DNA of 64,000 nucleotides from Auanema rhodensis (lineage: Eukaryota; Animalia; Nematoda), in contig OZ059896.1 in assembly GCA_964057225.1 (NCBI GenBank), forward strand, positions 22,258,001-22,322,000, read 5' to 3'. A program made the translations under genes and the position numbers. Shown here piece after piece: positions 12,101 to 27,376 of this stretch. The notes under the pieces are model-generated. The model did no database searches and was not told the origin of the DNA. It saw only the letters and a program-made list of their open reading frames with translations. Numbering within the stretch: position 1 is the first letter of the stretch; each line of letters starts with the position of its first letter.

Positions 12101-15100
12101 TGGAATCTAAAAACATCTACTTTTTGCTAAATTATTTTGAAATTTTTCGAAAAAATTTTTGTCAAAATGTTTTTGGAAGCAATGTTGAGTGTACATGGAA
12201 ACTCAACATACACTAATGCATCATTTTTCAAACGATCATAACTAATTTTTGTATTAAGCGTTTCTCAATGTAGTATAGTGCATTCGATGCGCATTTTTAA
12301 GCTGCGTCGATCTGTGTTATCAGATTTGCGCTAGCTTGAAAATGCACCGAGATATCAACTGATATAAGTTCACACTTATATCCTCGATTTTCACCCTGAA
12401 GAATTAATTTTTTCGTTGAATAACATTGTCCATCGTCTTTGCCTTGAAAAATGGAATCTAAAAACATCTACTTTTTGCTAAATTATTTTGAAATTTTTCG
12501 AAAAAATTTTTGTCAAAATGTTTTTGGAAGCAATGTTGAGTGTACATGGAAACTCAACATACACTAATGCATCATTTTTCAAACGATCATAACTAATTTT
12601 TGTATTAAGCGTTTCTCAATGTAGTATAGTGCATTCGATGCGCATTTTTAAGCTGCGTCGAGCTGTGTTATCAGATTTGCGCTAGCTTGAAAATGCACCG
12701 AGATATCAACTGATATAAGTTCACACTTATATCCTCGATTTTCACCCTGAAGAATTAATTTTTTCGTTGAATAACATTGTCCATCGTCTTTGCCTTGAAA
12801 AATGGAATCTAAAAACATCTACTTTTTGCTAAATTATTTTGAAATTTTTCGAAAAAATTTTTGTCAAAATGTTTTTGGAAGCAATGTTGAGTGTACATGG
12901 AAACTCAACATACACTAATGCATCATTTTTCAAACGATCATAACTAATTTTTGTATTAAGCGTTTTTCAATGTAGTATAGTGCATTCGATGCGGATTTTT
13001 AAGCTGCGTCGATCTGTGTTATCAGATTTGCGCTAGCTTAAAAATGCACCGAGATATCAACTGATATAAGTTCACACTTATATCCTCGATTTTCACCCTG
13101 AAGAATTAATTTTTTCGTTGAATAACATTGTCCATCGTCTTTGCCTTGAAAAATGGAATCTAAAAACATCTACTTTTTGCTAAATTATTTTGAAATTTTT
13201 CGAAAAAATTTTTGTCAAAATGTTTTTGGAAGCAATGTTGAGTGTACATGGAAACTCAACATACACTAATGCATCATTTTTCAAACGATCATAACTAATT
13301 TTTGTATTAAGCGTTTCTCAATGTAGTATAGTGCATTCGATGCGGATTTTTAAGCTGCGTCGATCTGTGTTATCAGATTTGCGCTAGCTTAAAAATGCAC
13401 CGAGATATCAACTGATATAAGTTCACACTTATATCCTCGATTTTCACCCTGAAGAATTAATTTTTTCGTTGAATAACATTGTCCATCGTCTTTGCCTTGA
13501 AAAATGGAATCTAAAAACATCTACTTTTTGCTAAATTATTTTGAAATTTTTCGAAAAAATTTTTGTCAAAATGTTTTTGGAAGCAATGTTGAGTGTACAT
13601 GGAAACTCAACATACACTAATGCATCATTTTTCAAACGATCATAACTAATTTTTGTATTAAGCGTTTCTCAATGTAGTATAGTGCATTCGATGCGGATTT
13701 TTAAGCTGCGTCGATCTGTGTTATCAGATTTGCGCTAGCTGAAAAATGCACCGAGATATCAACTGATATAAGTTCACACTTATATCCTCGATTTTCACCC
13801 TGAAGAATTATTTTTTTCGTTGAATAACACTGTCCATCGTCTTTGCCTTGAAAAATGGAATCTAAAAACATCTACTTTTTGCTAAATTATTTTGAAATTT
13901 TTCGAAAAAATTTTTGTCAAAATGTTTTTGGAAGCAATGTTGAGTGTACATGGAAACTCAACATACACTAATGCATCATTTTTCAAACGATCATAACTAA
14001 TTTTTGTATTAAGCGTTTTTCAATGTAGTATAGTGCATTCGATGCGCATTTTTAAGCTGCGTCGATCTGTGTTATCAGATTTGCGCTAGCTTGAAAATGC
14101 ACCGAGATATCAACTGATATAAGTTCACACTTATATCCTCGATTTTCACCCTGAAGAATTAATTTTTTCGTTGAATAACATTGTCCATCGTCTTTGCCTT
14201 GAAAAATGGAATCTAAAAACATCTACTTTTTGCTAAATTATTTTGAAATTTTTCGAAAAAATTTTTGTCAAAATGTTTTTGGAAGCAATGTTGAGTGTAC
14301 ATGGAAACTCAACATACACTAATGCATCATTTTTCAAACGATCATAACTAATTTTTGTATTAAGCGTTTTTCAATGTAGTATAGTGCATTCGATGCGGAT
14401 TTTTAAGCTGCGTCGATCTGTGTTATCAGATTTGCGCTAGCTTAAAAATGCACCAAGATATCAACTGATATAAGTTCACACTTATATCCTCGATTTTCAC
14501 CCTAAAGAATTAATTTTTTCGTTGAATAACATTGTCCATCGTCTTTGCCTTGAATAAAGGAATCTAAAAACATCTACTTTTTGCTAAATTATTTCGAAAT
14601 TTTTCGAAAAAATTTTTGTCAAAATGTTTTTGGAAGCAATGTTGAGTGTACATGGAAACTCAACATACACTAATGCATCATTTTTCAAACGATCATAACT
14701 AATTTTTGTATTAAGCGTTTCTCAATGTAGTATAGTGCATTCGATGCGGATTTTTAAGCTGCGTCGATCTGTGTTATCAGATTTGCGCTAGCTTAAAAAT
14801 GCACCGAGATATCAACTGATATAAGTTCACTCTTATATCCTCGATTTTCACCCTGAAGAATTAATTTTTTCGTTGAATAACATTGTCCATCGTCTTTGCC
14901 TTGAAAAATGGAATCTAAAAACATCTACTTTTTGCTAAATTATTTTGAAATTTTTCGAAAAAATTTTTGTCAAAATGTTTTTGGAAGCAATGTTGAGTGT
15001 ACATGGAAACTCAACATACACTAATGCATCATTTTTCAAACGATCATAACTAATTTTTGTATTAAGCGTTTCTCAATGTAGTATAGTGCATTCGATGCGG

Positions 15101-15793
15101 ATTTTTAAGCTGCGTCGATCTGTGTTATCAGATTTGCGCTAGCTTAAAAATGCACCGAGATATCAACTGATATAAGTTCACACTTATATCCTCGATTTTC
15201 ACCCTGAAGAATTATTTTTTTCGTTGAATAACACTGTCCATCATCTTTGCCTTGAAAAATGGAATCTAAAAACATCTACTTTTTGCTAAATTATTTTGAA
15301 ATTTTTCGAAAAAATTTTTGTCAAAATGTTTTTGGAAGCAATGTTGAGTGTACATGGAAACTCAACATACACTAATGCATCATTTTTCAAACGATCATAA
15401 CTAATTTTTGTATTAAGCGTTTCTCAATGTAGTATAGTGCATTCGATGCGGATTTTTAAGCTGCGTCGATCTGTGTTATCAGATTTGCGCTAGCTTAAAA
15501 ATGCACCGAGATATCAACTGATATAAGATCACTCTTATATCCTCGATTTTCACCCTGAAGAATTAATTTTTTCGTTGAATAACATTGTCCATCGTCTTTG
15601 CCTTGAAAAATGGAATCTAAAAACATCTACTTTTTGCTAAATTATTTTGAAATTTTTCGAAAAAATTTTTGTCAAAATGTTTTTGGAAGCAATGTTGAGT
15701 GTACATGGAAACTCAACATACACTAATGCATCATTTTTCAAACGATCATAACTAATTTTTGTATTAAGCGTTTCTCAATGTAGTATAGTGCAT

Positions 15794-18700
15794 TCGATGC
15801 GGATTTTTAAGCTGCGTCGATCTGTGTTATCATATTTGCGCTAGCTTAAAAATGCACCGAGATATCAACTGATATAAGTTCACACTTATATCCTCGATTT
15901 TCACCCTGAAGAATTATTTTTTTCGTTGAATAACACTGTCCATCATCTTTGCCTTGAAAAATGGAATCTAAAAACATCTACTTTTTGCTAAATTATTTTG
16001 AAATTTTTCGAAAAAATTTTTGTCAAAATGTTTTTGGAAGCAATGTTGAGTGTACATGGAAACTCAACATACACTAATGCATCATTTTTCAAACGATCAT
16101 AACTAATTTTTGTATTAAGCGTTTCTCAATGTAGTATAGTGCATTCGATGCGGATTTTTAAGCTGCGTCGATCTGTGTTATCAGATTTGCGCTAGCTTAA
16201 AAATGCACCGAGATATCAACTGATATAAGTTCACACTTATATCCTCGATTTTCACCCTGAAGAATTAAATTTTTCGTTGAATAACACTGTCCATCGTCTT
16301 TGCCTTGAATAAAGGAATCTAAAAACATCTACTTTTTGCTAAATTATTTTGAAATTTTTCGAAAAAATTTTTGTCAAAATGTTTTTGGAAGCAATGTTGA
16401 GTGTACATGGAAACTCAACATACACTAATGCATCATTTTTCAAACGATCATAACTAATTTTTGTATTAAGCGTTTCTCAATGTAGTATAGTGCATTCGAT
16501 GCGGATTTTTAAGCTGCGTCGATCTGTGTTATCAGATTTGCGCTAGCTTAAAAATGCACCGAGATATCAACTGATATAAGTTCACACTTATATCCTCGAT
16601 TTTCACCCTGAAGAATTAATTTTTTCGTTGAATAACATTGTCCATCGTCTTTGCCTTGAATAAAGGAATCTAAAAACATCTACTTTTTGCTAAATTATTT
16701 TGAAATTTTTCGAAAAAATTTTTGTCAAAATGTTTTTGGAAGCAATGTTGAGTGTACATGGAAACTCAACATACACTAATGCATCATTTTTCAAACGATC
16801 ATAACTAATTTTTGTATTAAGCGTTTCTCAATGTAGTATAGTGCATTCGATGCGGATTTTTAAGCTGCGTCGATCTGTGTTATCAGATTTGCGCTAGCTG
16901 AAAAATGCACCGAGATATCAACTGATATAAGTTCACACTTATATCCTCGATTTTCACCCTGAAGAATTATTTTTTTCGTTGAATAACACTGTCCATCGTC
17001 TTTGCCTTGAAAAATGGAATCTAAAAACATCTACTTTTTGCTAAATTATTTTGAAATTTTTCGAAAAAATTTTTGTCAAAATGTTTTTGGAAGCAATGTT
17101 GAGTGTACATGGAAACTCAACATACACTAATGCATCATTTTTCAAACGATCATAACTAATTTTTGTATTAAGCGTTTCTCAATGTAGTATAGTGCATTCG
17201 ATGCGGATTTTTAAGCTGCGTCGATCTGTGTTATCAGATTTGCGCTAGCTTAAAAATGCACCGAGATATCAACTGATATAAGTTCACACTTATATCCTCG
17301 ATTTTCACCCTGAAGAATTAATTTTTTCGTTGAATAACACTGTCCATCGTCTTTGCCTTGAATAAAGGAATCTAAAAACATCTACTTTTTGCTAAATTAT
17401 TTTGAAATTTTTCGAAAAAATTTTTGTCAAAATGTTTTTGGAAGCAATGTTGAGTGTACATGGAAACTCAACATACACTAATGCATCATTTTTCAAACGA
17501 TCATAACTAATTTTTGTATTAAGCGTTTCTCAATGTAGTATAGTGCATTCGATGCGGATTTTTAAGCTGCGTCGATCTGTGTTATCAGATTTGCGCTAGC
17601 TTAAAAATGCACCGAGATATCAACTGATATAAGTTCACACTTATATCCTCGATTTTCACCCTGAAGAATTAATTTTTTCGTTGAATAACACTGTCCATCG
17701 TCTTTGCCTTGAATAAAGGAATCTAAAAACATCTACTTTTTGCTAAATTATTTTGAAATTTTTCGAAAAAATTTTTGTCAAAATGTTTTTGGAAGCAATG
17801 TTGAGTGTACATGGAAACTCAACATACACTAATGCATCATTTTTCAAACGATCATAACTAATTTTTGTATTAAGCGTTTCTCAATGTAGTATAGTGCATT
17901 CGATGCGGATTTTTAAGCTGCGTCGATCTGTGTTATCAGATTTGCGCTAGCTTAAAAATGCACCGAGATATCAACTGATATAAGTTCACACTTATATCCT
18001 CGATTTTCACCCTGAAGAATTAATTTTTTCGTTGAATAACATTGTCCATCGTCTTTGCCTTGAATAAAGGAATCTAAAAACATCTACTTTTTGCTAAATT
18101 ATTTTGAAATTTTTCGAAAAAATTTTTGTCAAAATGTTTTTGGAAGCAATGTTGAGTGTACATGGAAACTCAACATACACTAATGCATCATTTTTCAAAC
18201 GATCATAACTAATTTTTGTATTAAGCGTTTCTCAATGTAGTATAGTGCATTCGATGCGGATTTTTAAGCTGCGTCGATCTGTGTTATCAGATTTGCGCTA
18301 GCTGAAAAATGCACCGAGATATCAACTGATATAAGTTCACACTTATATCCTCGATTTTCACCCTGAAGAATTATTTTTTTCGTTGAATAACACTGTCCAT
18401 CGTCTTTGCCTTGAAAAATGGAATCTAAAAACATCTACTTTTTGCTAAATTATTTTGAAATTTTTCGAAAAAATTTTTGTCAAAATGTTTTTGGAAGCAA
18501 TGTTGAGTGTACATGGAAACTCAACATACACTAATGCATCATTTTTCAAACGATCATAACTAATTTTTGTATTAAGCGTTTTTCAATGTAGTATAGTGCA
18601 TTCGATGCGCATTTTTAAGCTGCGTCGATCTGTGTTATCAGATTTGCGCTAGCTTGAAAATGCACCGAGATATCAACTGATATAAGTTCACACTTATATC

Positions 18701-21700
18701 CTCGATTTTCACCCTGAAGAATTAATTTTTTCGTTGAATAACATTGTCCATCGTCTTTGCCTTGAAAAATGGAATCTAAAAACATCTACTTTTTGCTAAA
18801 TTATTTTGAAATTTTTCGAAAAAATTTTTGTCAAAATGTTTTTGGAAGCAATGTTGAGTGTACATGGAAACTCAACATACACTAATGCATCATTTTTCAA
18901 ACGATCATAACTAATTTTTGTATTAAGCGTTTTTCAATGTAGTATAGTGCATTCGATGCGGATTTTTAAGCTGCGTCGATCTGTGTTATCAGATTTGCGC
19001 TAGCTTAAAAATGCACCAAGATATCAACTGATATAAGTTCACACTTATATCCTCGATTTTCACCCTAAAGAATTAATTTTTTCGTTGAATAACATTGTCC
19101 ATCGTCTTTGCCTTGAATAAAGGAATCTAAAAACATCTCTTTTTTGCAAAATTATTTCGAAATTTTTCGAAAAAATTTTTGTCAAAATGTTTTTGGAAGC
19201 AATGTTGAGTGTACATGGAAACTCAACATACACTAATGCATCATTTTTCAAACGATCATAACTAATTTTTGTATTAAGCGTTTCTCAATGTAGTATAGTG
19301 CATTCGATGCGGATTTTTAAGCTGCGTCGATCTGTGTTATCAGATTTGCGCTAGCTTAAAAATGCACCGAGATATCAACTGATATAAGTTCACTCTTATA
19401 TCCTCGATTTTCACCCTGAAGAATTAATTTTTTCGTTGAATAACATTGTCCATCGTCTTTGCCTTGAAAAATGGAATCTAAAAACATCTACTTTTTGCTA
19501 AATTATTTTGAAATTTTTCGAAAAAATTTTTGTCAAAATGTTTTTGGAAGCAATGTTGAGTGTACATGGAAACTCAACATACACTAATGCATCATTTTTC
19601 AAACGATCATAACTAATTTTTGTATTAAGCGTTTCTCAATGTAGTATAGTGCATTCGATGCGGATTTTTAAGCTGCGTCGATCTGTGTTATCAGATTTGC
19701 GCTAGCTTAAAAATGCACCGAGATATCAACTGATATAAGTTCACACTTATATCCTCGATTTTCACCCTGAAGAATTATTTTTTTCGTTGAATAACACTGT
19801 CCATCATCTTTGCCTTGAAAAATGGAATCTAAAAACATCTACTTTTTGCTAAATTATTTTGAAATTTTTCGAAAAAATTTTTGTCAAAATGTTTTTGGAA
19901 GCAATGTTGAGTGTACATGGAAACTCAACATACACTAATGCATCATTTTTCAAACGATCATAACTAATTTTTGTATTAAGCGTTTCTCAATGTAGTATAG
20001 TGCATTCGATGCGGATTTTTAAGCTGCGTCGATCTGTGTTATCAGATTTGCGCTAGCTTAAAAATGCACCGAGATATCAACTGATATAAGTTCACACTTA
20101 TATCCTCGATTTTCACCCTGAAGAATTATTTTTTTCGTTGAATAACACTGTCCATCGTCTTTGCCTTGAAAAATGGAATCTAAAAACATCTACTTTTTGC
20201 TAAATTATTTTGAAATTTTTCGAAAAAATTTTTGTCAAAATGTTTTTGGAAGCAATGTTGAGTGTACATGGAAACTCAACATACACTAATGCATCATTTT
20301 TCAAACGATCATAACTAATTTTTGTATTAAGCGTTTTTCAATGTAGTATAGTGCATTCGATGCGCATTTTTAAGCTGCGTCGATCTGTGTTATCAGATTT
20401 GCGCTAGCTTGAAAATGCACCGAGATATCAACTGATATAAGTTCACACTTATATCCTCGATTTTCACCCTGAAGAATTAATTTTTTCGTTGAATAACATT
20501 GTCCATCGTCTTTGCCTTGAAAAATGGAATCTAAAAACATCTACTTTTTGCTAAATTATTTTGAAATTTTTCGAAAAAATTTTTGTCAAAATGTTTTTGG
20601 AAGCAATGTTGAGTGTACATGGAAACTCAACATACACTAATGCATCATTTTTCAAACGATCATAACTAATTTTTGTATTAAGCGTTTTTCAATGTAGTAT
20701 AGTGCATTCGATGCGGATTTTTAAGCTGCGTCGATCTGTGTTATCAGATTTGCGCTAGCTTAAAAATGCACCAAGATATCAACTGATATAAGTTCACACT
20801 TATATCCTCGATTTTCACCCTAAAGAATTAATTTTTTCGTTGAATAACATTGTCCATCGTCTTTGCCTTGAATAAAGGAATCTAAAAACATCTACTTTTT
20901 GCTAAATTATTTCGAAATTTTTCGAAAAAATTTTTGTCAAAATGTTTTTGGAAGCAATGTTGAGTGTACATGGAAACTCAACATACACTAATGCATCATT
21001 TTTCAAACGATCATAACTAATTTTTGTATTAAGCGTTTCTCAATGTAGTATAGTGCATTCGATGCGGATTTTTAAGCTGCGTCGATCTGTGTTATCATAT
21101 TTGCGCTAGCTTAAAAATGCACCGAGATATCAACTGATATAAGTTCACACTTATATCCTCGATTTTCACCCTGAAGAATTATTTTTTTCGTTGAATAACA
21201 CTGTCCATCATCTTTGCCTTGAAAAATGGAATCTAAAAACATCTACTTTTTGCTAAATTATTTTGAAATTTTTCGAAAAAATTTTTGTCAAAATGTTTTT
21301 GGAAGCAATGTTGAGTGTACATGGAAACTCAACATACACTAATGCATCATTTTTCAAACGATCATAACTAAATTTTGTATTAAGCGTTTCTCAATGTAGT
21401 ATAGTGCATTCGATGCGGATTTTTAAGCTGCGTCGATCTGTGTTATCAGATTTGCGCTAGCTTAAAAATGCACCGAGATATCAACTGATATAAGTTCACA
21501 CTTATATCCTCGATTTTCACCCTGAAGAATTAATTTTTTCGTTGAATAACACTGTCCATCGTCTTTGCCTTGAATAAAGGAATCTAAAAACATCTACTTT
21601 TTGCTAAATTATTTTGAAATTTTTCGAAAAAATTTTTGTCAAAATGTTTTTGGAAGCAATGTTGAGTGTACATGGAAACTCAACATACACTAATGCATCA

Positions 21701-24700
21701 TTTTTCAAACGATCATAACTAATTTTTGTATTAAGCGTTTCTCAATGTAGTATAGTGCATTCGATGCGGATTTTTAAGCTGCGTCGATCTGTGTTATCAG
21801 ATTTGCGCTAGCTTAAAAATGCACCGAGATATCAACTGATATAAGTTCACACTTATATCCTCGATTTTCACCCTGAAGAATTAATTTTTTCGTTGAATAA
21901 CATTGTCCATCGTCTTTGCCTTGAATAAAGGAATCTAAAAACATCTACTTTTTGCTAAATTATTTTGAAATTTTTCGAAAAAATTTTTGTCAAAATGTTT
22001 TTGGAAGCAATGTTGAGTGTACATGGAAACTCAACATACACTAATGCATCATTTTTCAAACGATCATAACTAATTTTTGTATTAAGCGTTTCTCAATGTA
22101 GTATAGTGCATTCGATGCGGATTTTTAAGCTGCGTCGATCTGTGTTATCAGATTTGCGCTAGCTGAAAAATGCACCGAGATATCAACTGATATAAGTTCA
22201 CACTTATATCCTCGATTTTCACCCTGAAGAATTATTTTTTTCGTTGAATAACACTGTCCATCGTCTTTGCCTTGAAAAATGGAATCTAAAAACATCTACT
22301 TTTTGCTAAATTATTTTGAAATTTTTCGAAAAAATTTTTGTCAAAATGTTTTTGGAAGCAATGTTGAGTGTACATGGAAACTCAACATACACTAATGCAT
22401 CATTTTTCAAACGATCATAACTTATTTTTGTATTAAGCGTTTCTCAATGTAGTATAGTGCATTCGATGCGGATTTTTAAGCTGCGTCGATCTGTGTTATC
22501 AGATTTGCGCTAGCTTAAAAATGCACCGAGATATCAACTGATATAAGTTCACACTTATATCCTCGATTTTCACCCTGAAGAATTAATTTTTTCGTTGAAT
22601 AACACTGTCCATCGTCTTTGCCTTGAATAAAGGAATCTAAAAACATCTACTTTTTGCTAAATTATTTTGAAATTTTTCGAAAAAATTTTTGTCAAAATGT
22701 TTTTGGAAGCAATGTTGAGTGTACATGGAAACTCAACATACACTAATGCATCATTTTTCAAACGATCATAACTGATTTTTGTATTAAGCGTTTCTCAATG
22801 TAGTATAGTGCATTCGATGCGGATTTTTAAGCTGCGTCGATCTGTGTTATCAGATTTGCGCTAGCTTAAAAATGCACCGAGATATCAACTGATATAAGTT
22901 CACACTTATATCCTCGATTTTCACCCTGAAGAATTAATTTTTTCGTTGAATAACACTGTCCATCGTCTTTGCCTTGAATAAAGGAATCTAAAAACATCTA
23001 CTTTTTGCTAAATTATTTTGAAATTTTTCGAAAAAATTTTTGTCAAAATGTTTTTGGAAGCAATGTTGAGTGTACATGGAAACTCAACATACACTAATGC
23101 ATCATTTTTCAAACGATCATAACTAATTTTTGTATTAAGCGTTTCTCAATGTAGTATAGTGCATTCGATGCGGATTTTTAAGCTGCGTCGATCTGTGTTA
23201 TCAGATTTGCGCTAGCTTAAAAATGCACCGAGATATCAACTGATATAAGTTCACACATATATCCTCGATTTTCACCCTGAAGAATTAATTTTTTCGTTGA
23301 ATAACATTGTCCATCGTCTTTGCCTTGAATAAAGGAATCTAAAAACATCTACTTTTTGCTAAATTATTTTGAAATTTTTCGAAAAAATTTTTGTCAAAAT
23401 GTTTTTGGAAGCAATGTTGAGTGTACATGGAAACTCAACATACACTAATGCATCATTTTTCAAACGATCATAACTAATTTTTGTATTAAGCGTTTCTCAA
23501 TGTAGTATAGTGCATTCGATGCGGATTTTTAAGCTGCGTCGATCTGTGTTATCAGATTTGCGCTAGCTGAAAAATGCACCGAGATATCAACTGATATAAG
23601 TTCACACTTATATCCTCGATTTTCACCCTGAAGAATTATTTTTTTCGTTGAATAACACTGTCCATCGTCTTTGCCTTGAAAAATGGAATCTAAAAACATC
23701 TACTTTTTGCTAAATTATTTTGAAATTTTTCGAAAAAATTTTTGTCAAAATGTTTTTGGAAGCAATGTTGAGTGTACATGGAAACTCAACATACACTAAT
23801 GCATCATTTTTCAAACGATCATAACTAATTTTTGTATTAAGCGTTTTTCAATGTAGTATAGTGCATTCGATGCGGATTTTTAAGCTGCGTCGATCTGTGT
23901 TATCAGATTTGCGCTAGCTTAAAAATGCACCAAGATATCAACTGATATAAGTTCACACTTATATCCTCGATTTTCACCCTAAAGAATTAATTTTTTCGTT
24001 GAATAACATTGTCCATCGTCTTTGCCTTGAATAAAGGAATCTAAAAACATCTACTTTTTGCTAAATTATTTCGAAATTTTTCGAAAAAATTTTTGTCAAA
24101 ATGTTTTTGGAAGCAATGTTGAGTGTACATGGAAACTCAACATACACTAATGCATCATTTTTCAAACGATCATAACTAATTTTTGTATTAAGCGTTTCTC
24201 AATGTAGTATAGTGCATTCGATGCGGATTTTTAAGCTGCGTCGATCTGTGTTATCAGATTTGCGCTAGCTTAAAAATGCACCGAGATATCAACTGATATA
24301 AGTTCACTCTTATATCCTCGATTTTCACCCTGAAGAATTAATTTTTTCGTTGAATAACATTGTCCATCGTCTTTGCCTTGAAAAATGGAATCTAAAAACA
24401 TCTACTTTTTGCTAAATTATTTTGAAATTTTTCGAAAAAATTTTTGTCAAAATGTTTTTGGAAGCAATGTTGAGTGTACATGGAAACTCAACATACACTA
24501 ATGCATCATTTTTCAAACGATCATAACTAATTTTTGTATTAAGCGTTTCTCAATGTAGTATAGTGCATTCGATGCGGATTTTTAAGCTGCGTCGATCTGT
24601 GTTATCAGATTTGCGCTAGCTTAAAAATGCACCGAGATATCAACTGATATAAGTTCACACTTATATCCTCGATTTTCACCCTGAAGAATTATTTTTTTCG

Positions 24701-25972
24701 TTGAATAACACTGTCCATCATCTTTGCCTTGAAAAATGGAATCTAAAAACATCTACTTTTTGCTAAATTATTTTGAAATTTTTCGAAAAAATTTTTGTCA
24801 AAATGTTTTTGGAAGCAATGTTGAGTGTACATGGAAACTCAACATACACTAATGCATCATTTTTCAAACGATCATAACTAATTTTTGTATTAAGCGTTTC
24901 TCAATGTAGTATAGTGCATTCGATGCGGATTTTTAAGCTGCGTCGATCTGTGTTATCAGATTTGCGCTAGCTTAAAAATGCACCGAGATATCAACTGATA
25001 TAAGTTCACACTTATATCCTCGATTTTCACCCTGAAGAATTATTTTTTTCGTTGAATAACACTGTCCATCGTCTTTGCCTTGAAAAATGGAATCTAAAAA
25101 CATCTACTTTTTGCTAAATTATTTTGAAATTTTTCGAAAAAATTTTTGTCAAAATGTTTTTGGAAGCAATGTTGAGTGTACATGGAAACTCAACATACAC
25201 TAATGCATCATTTTTCAAACGATCATAACTAATTTTTGTATTAAGCGTTTTTCAATGTAGTATAGTGCATTCGATGCGCATTTTTAAGCTGCGTCGATCT
25301 GTGTTATCAGATTTGCGCTAGCTTGAAAATGCACCGAGATATCAACTGATATAAGTTCACACTTATATCCTCGATTTTCACCCTGAAGAATTAATTTTTT
25401 CGTTGAATAACATTGTCCATCGTCTTTGCCTTGAAAAATGGAATCTAAAAACATCTACTTTTTGCTAAATTATTTTGAAATTTTTCGAAAAAATTTTTGT
25501 CAAAATGTTTTTGGAAGCAATGTTGAGTGTACATGGAAACTCAACATACACTAATGCATCATTTTTCAAACGATCATAACTAATTTTTGTATTAAGCGTT
25601 TTTCAATGTAGTATAGTGCATTCGATGCGGATTTTTAAGCTGCGTCGATCTGTGTTATCAGATTTGCGCTAGCTTAAAAATGCACCAAGATATCAACTGA
25701 TATAAGTTCACACTTATATCCTCGATTTTCACCCTAAAGAATTAATTTTTTCGTTGAATAACATTGTCCATCGTCTTTGCCTTGAATAAAGGAATCTAAA
25801 AACATCTACTTTTTGCTAAATTATTTCGAAATTTTTCGAAAAAATTTTTGTCAAAATGTTTTTGGAAGCAATGTTGAGTGTACATGGAAACTCAACATAC
25901 ACTAATGCATCATTTTTCAAACGATCATAACTAATTTTTGTATTAAGCGTTTCTCAATGTAGTATAGTGCAT
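15794..25972. repeat. 15-monomer block (5265 bp) duplicated in tandem, second copy lacking one monomer
   Basis: The order of variant types in 15794-21058 is repeated in 21059-25972, except that the G9C/A55G copy at 18602 has no counterpart. The private marker G40T (TATCATATTT) occurs only in the copies starting at 15794 and 21059. Confidence 0.85.
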
Positions 25973-27376
25973 TCGATGCGGATTTTTAAGCTGCGTCGAT
26001 CTGTGTTATCAGATTTGCGCTAGCTTAAAAATGCACCGAGATATCAACTGATATAAGTTCACTCTTATATCCTCGATTTTCACCCTGAAGAATTAATTTT
26101 TTCGTTGAATAACATTGTCCATCGTCTTTGCCTTGAAAAATGGAATCTAAAAACATCTACTTTTTGCTAAATTATTTTGAAATTTTTCGAAAAAATTTTT
26201 GTCAAAATGTTTTTGGAAGCAATGTTGAGTGTACATGGAAACTCAACATACACTAATGCATCATTTTTCAAACGATCATAACTAATTTTTGTATTAAGCG
26301 TTTCTCAATGTAGTATAGTGCATTCGATGCGGATTTTTAAGCTGCGTCGATCTGTGTTATCAGATTTGCGCTAGCTTAAAAATGCACCGAGATATCAACT
26401 GATATAAGTTCACACTTATATCCTCGATTTTCACCCTGAAGAATTATTTTTTTCGTTGAATAACACTGTCCATCATCTTTGCCTTGAAAAATGGAATCTA
26501 AAAACATCTACTTTTTGCTAAATTATTTTGAAATTTTTCGAAAAAATTTTTGTCAAAATGTTTTTGGAAGCAATGTTGAGTGTACATGGAAACTCAACAT
26601 ACACTAATGCATCATTTTTCAAACGATCATAACTAATTTTTGTATTAAGCGTTTCTCAATGTAGTATAGTGCATTCGATGCGGATTTTTAAGCTGCGTCG
26701 ATCTGTGTTATCAGATTTGCGCTAGCTTAAAAATGCACCGAGATATCAACTGATATAAGTTCACTCTTATATCCTCGATTTTCACCCTGAAGAATTAATT
26801 TTTTCGTTGAATAACATTGTCCATCGTCTTTGCCTTGAAAAATGGAATCTAAAAACATCTACTTTTTGCTAAATTATTTTGAAATTTTTCGAAAAAATTT
26901 TTGTCAAAATGTTTTTGGAAGCAATGTTGAGTGTACATGGAAACTCAACATACACTAATGCATCATTTTTCAAACGATCATAACTAATTTTTGTATTAAG
27001 CGTTTCTCAATGTAGTATAGTGCATTCGATGCGGATTTTTAAGCTGCGTCGATCTGTGTTATCAGATTTGCGCTAGCTTAAAAATGCACCGAGATATCAA
27101 CTGATATAAGTTCACACTTATATCCTCGATTTTCACCCTGAAGAATTAATTTTTTCGTTGAATAACATTGTCCATCGTCTTTGCCTTGAATAAAGGAATC
27201 TAAAAACATCTACTTTTTGCTAAATTATTTTGAAATTTTTCGAAAAAATTTTTGTCAAAATGTTTTTGGAAGCAATGTTGAGTGTACATGGAAACTCAAC
27301 ATACACTAATGCATCATTTTTCAAACGATCATAACTAATTTTTGTATTAAGCGTTTCTCAATGTAGTATAGTGCAT

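Noticed and set aside
19060-19251. Second 63-aa minus-strand ORF
   Set aside because: This is the same frame in another monomer, opened by the private T196A change. Two open copies of 182 indicates no coding constraint.
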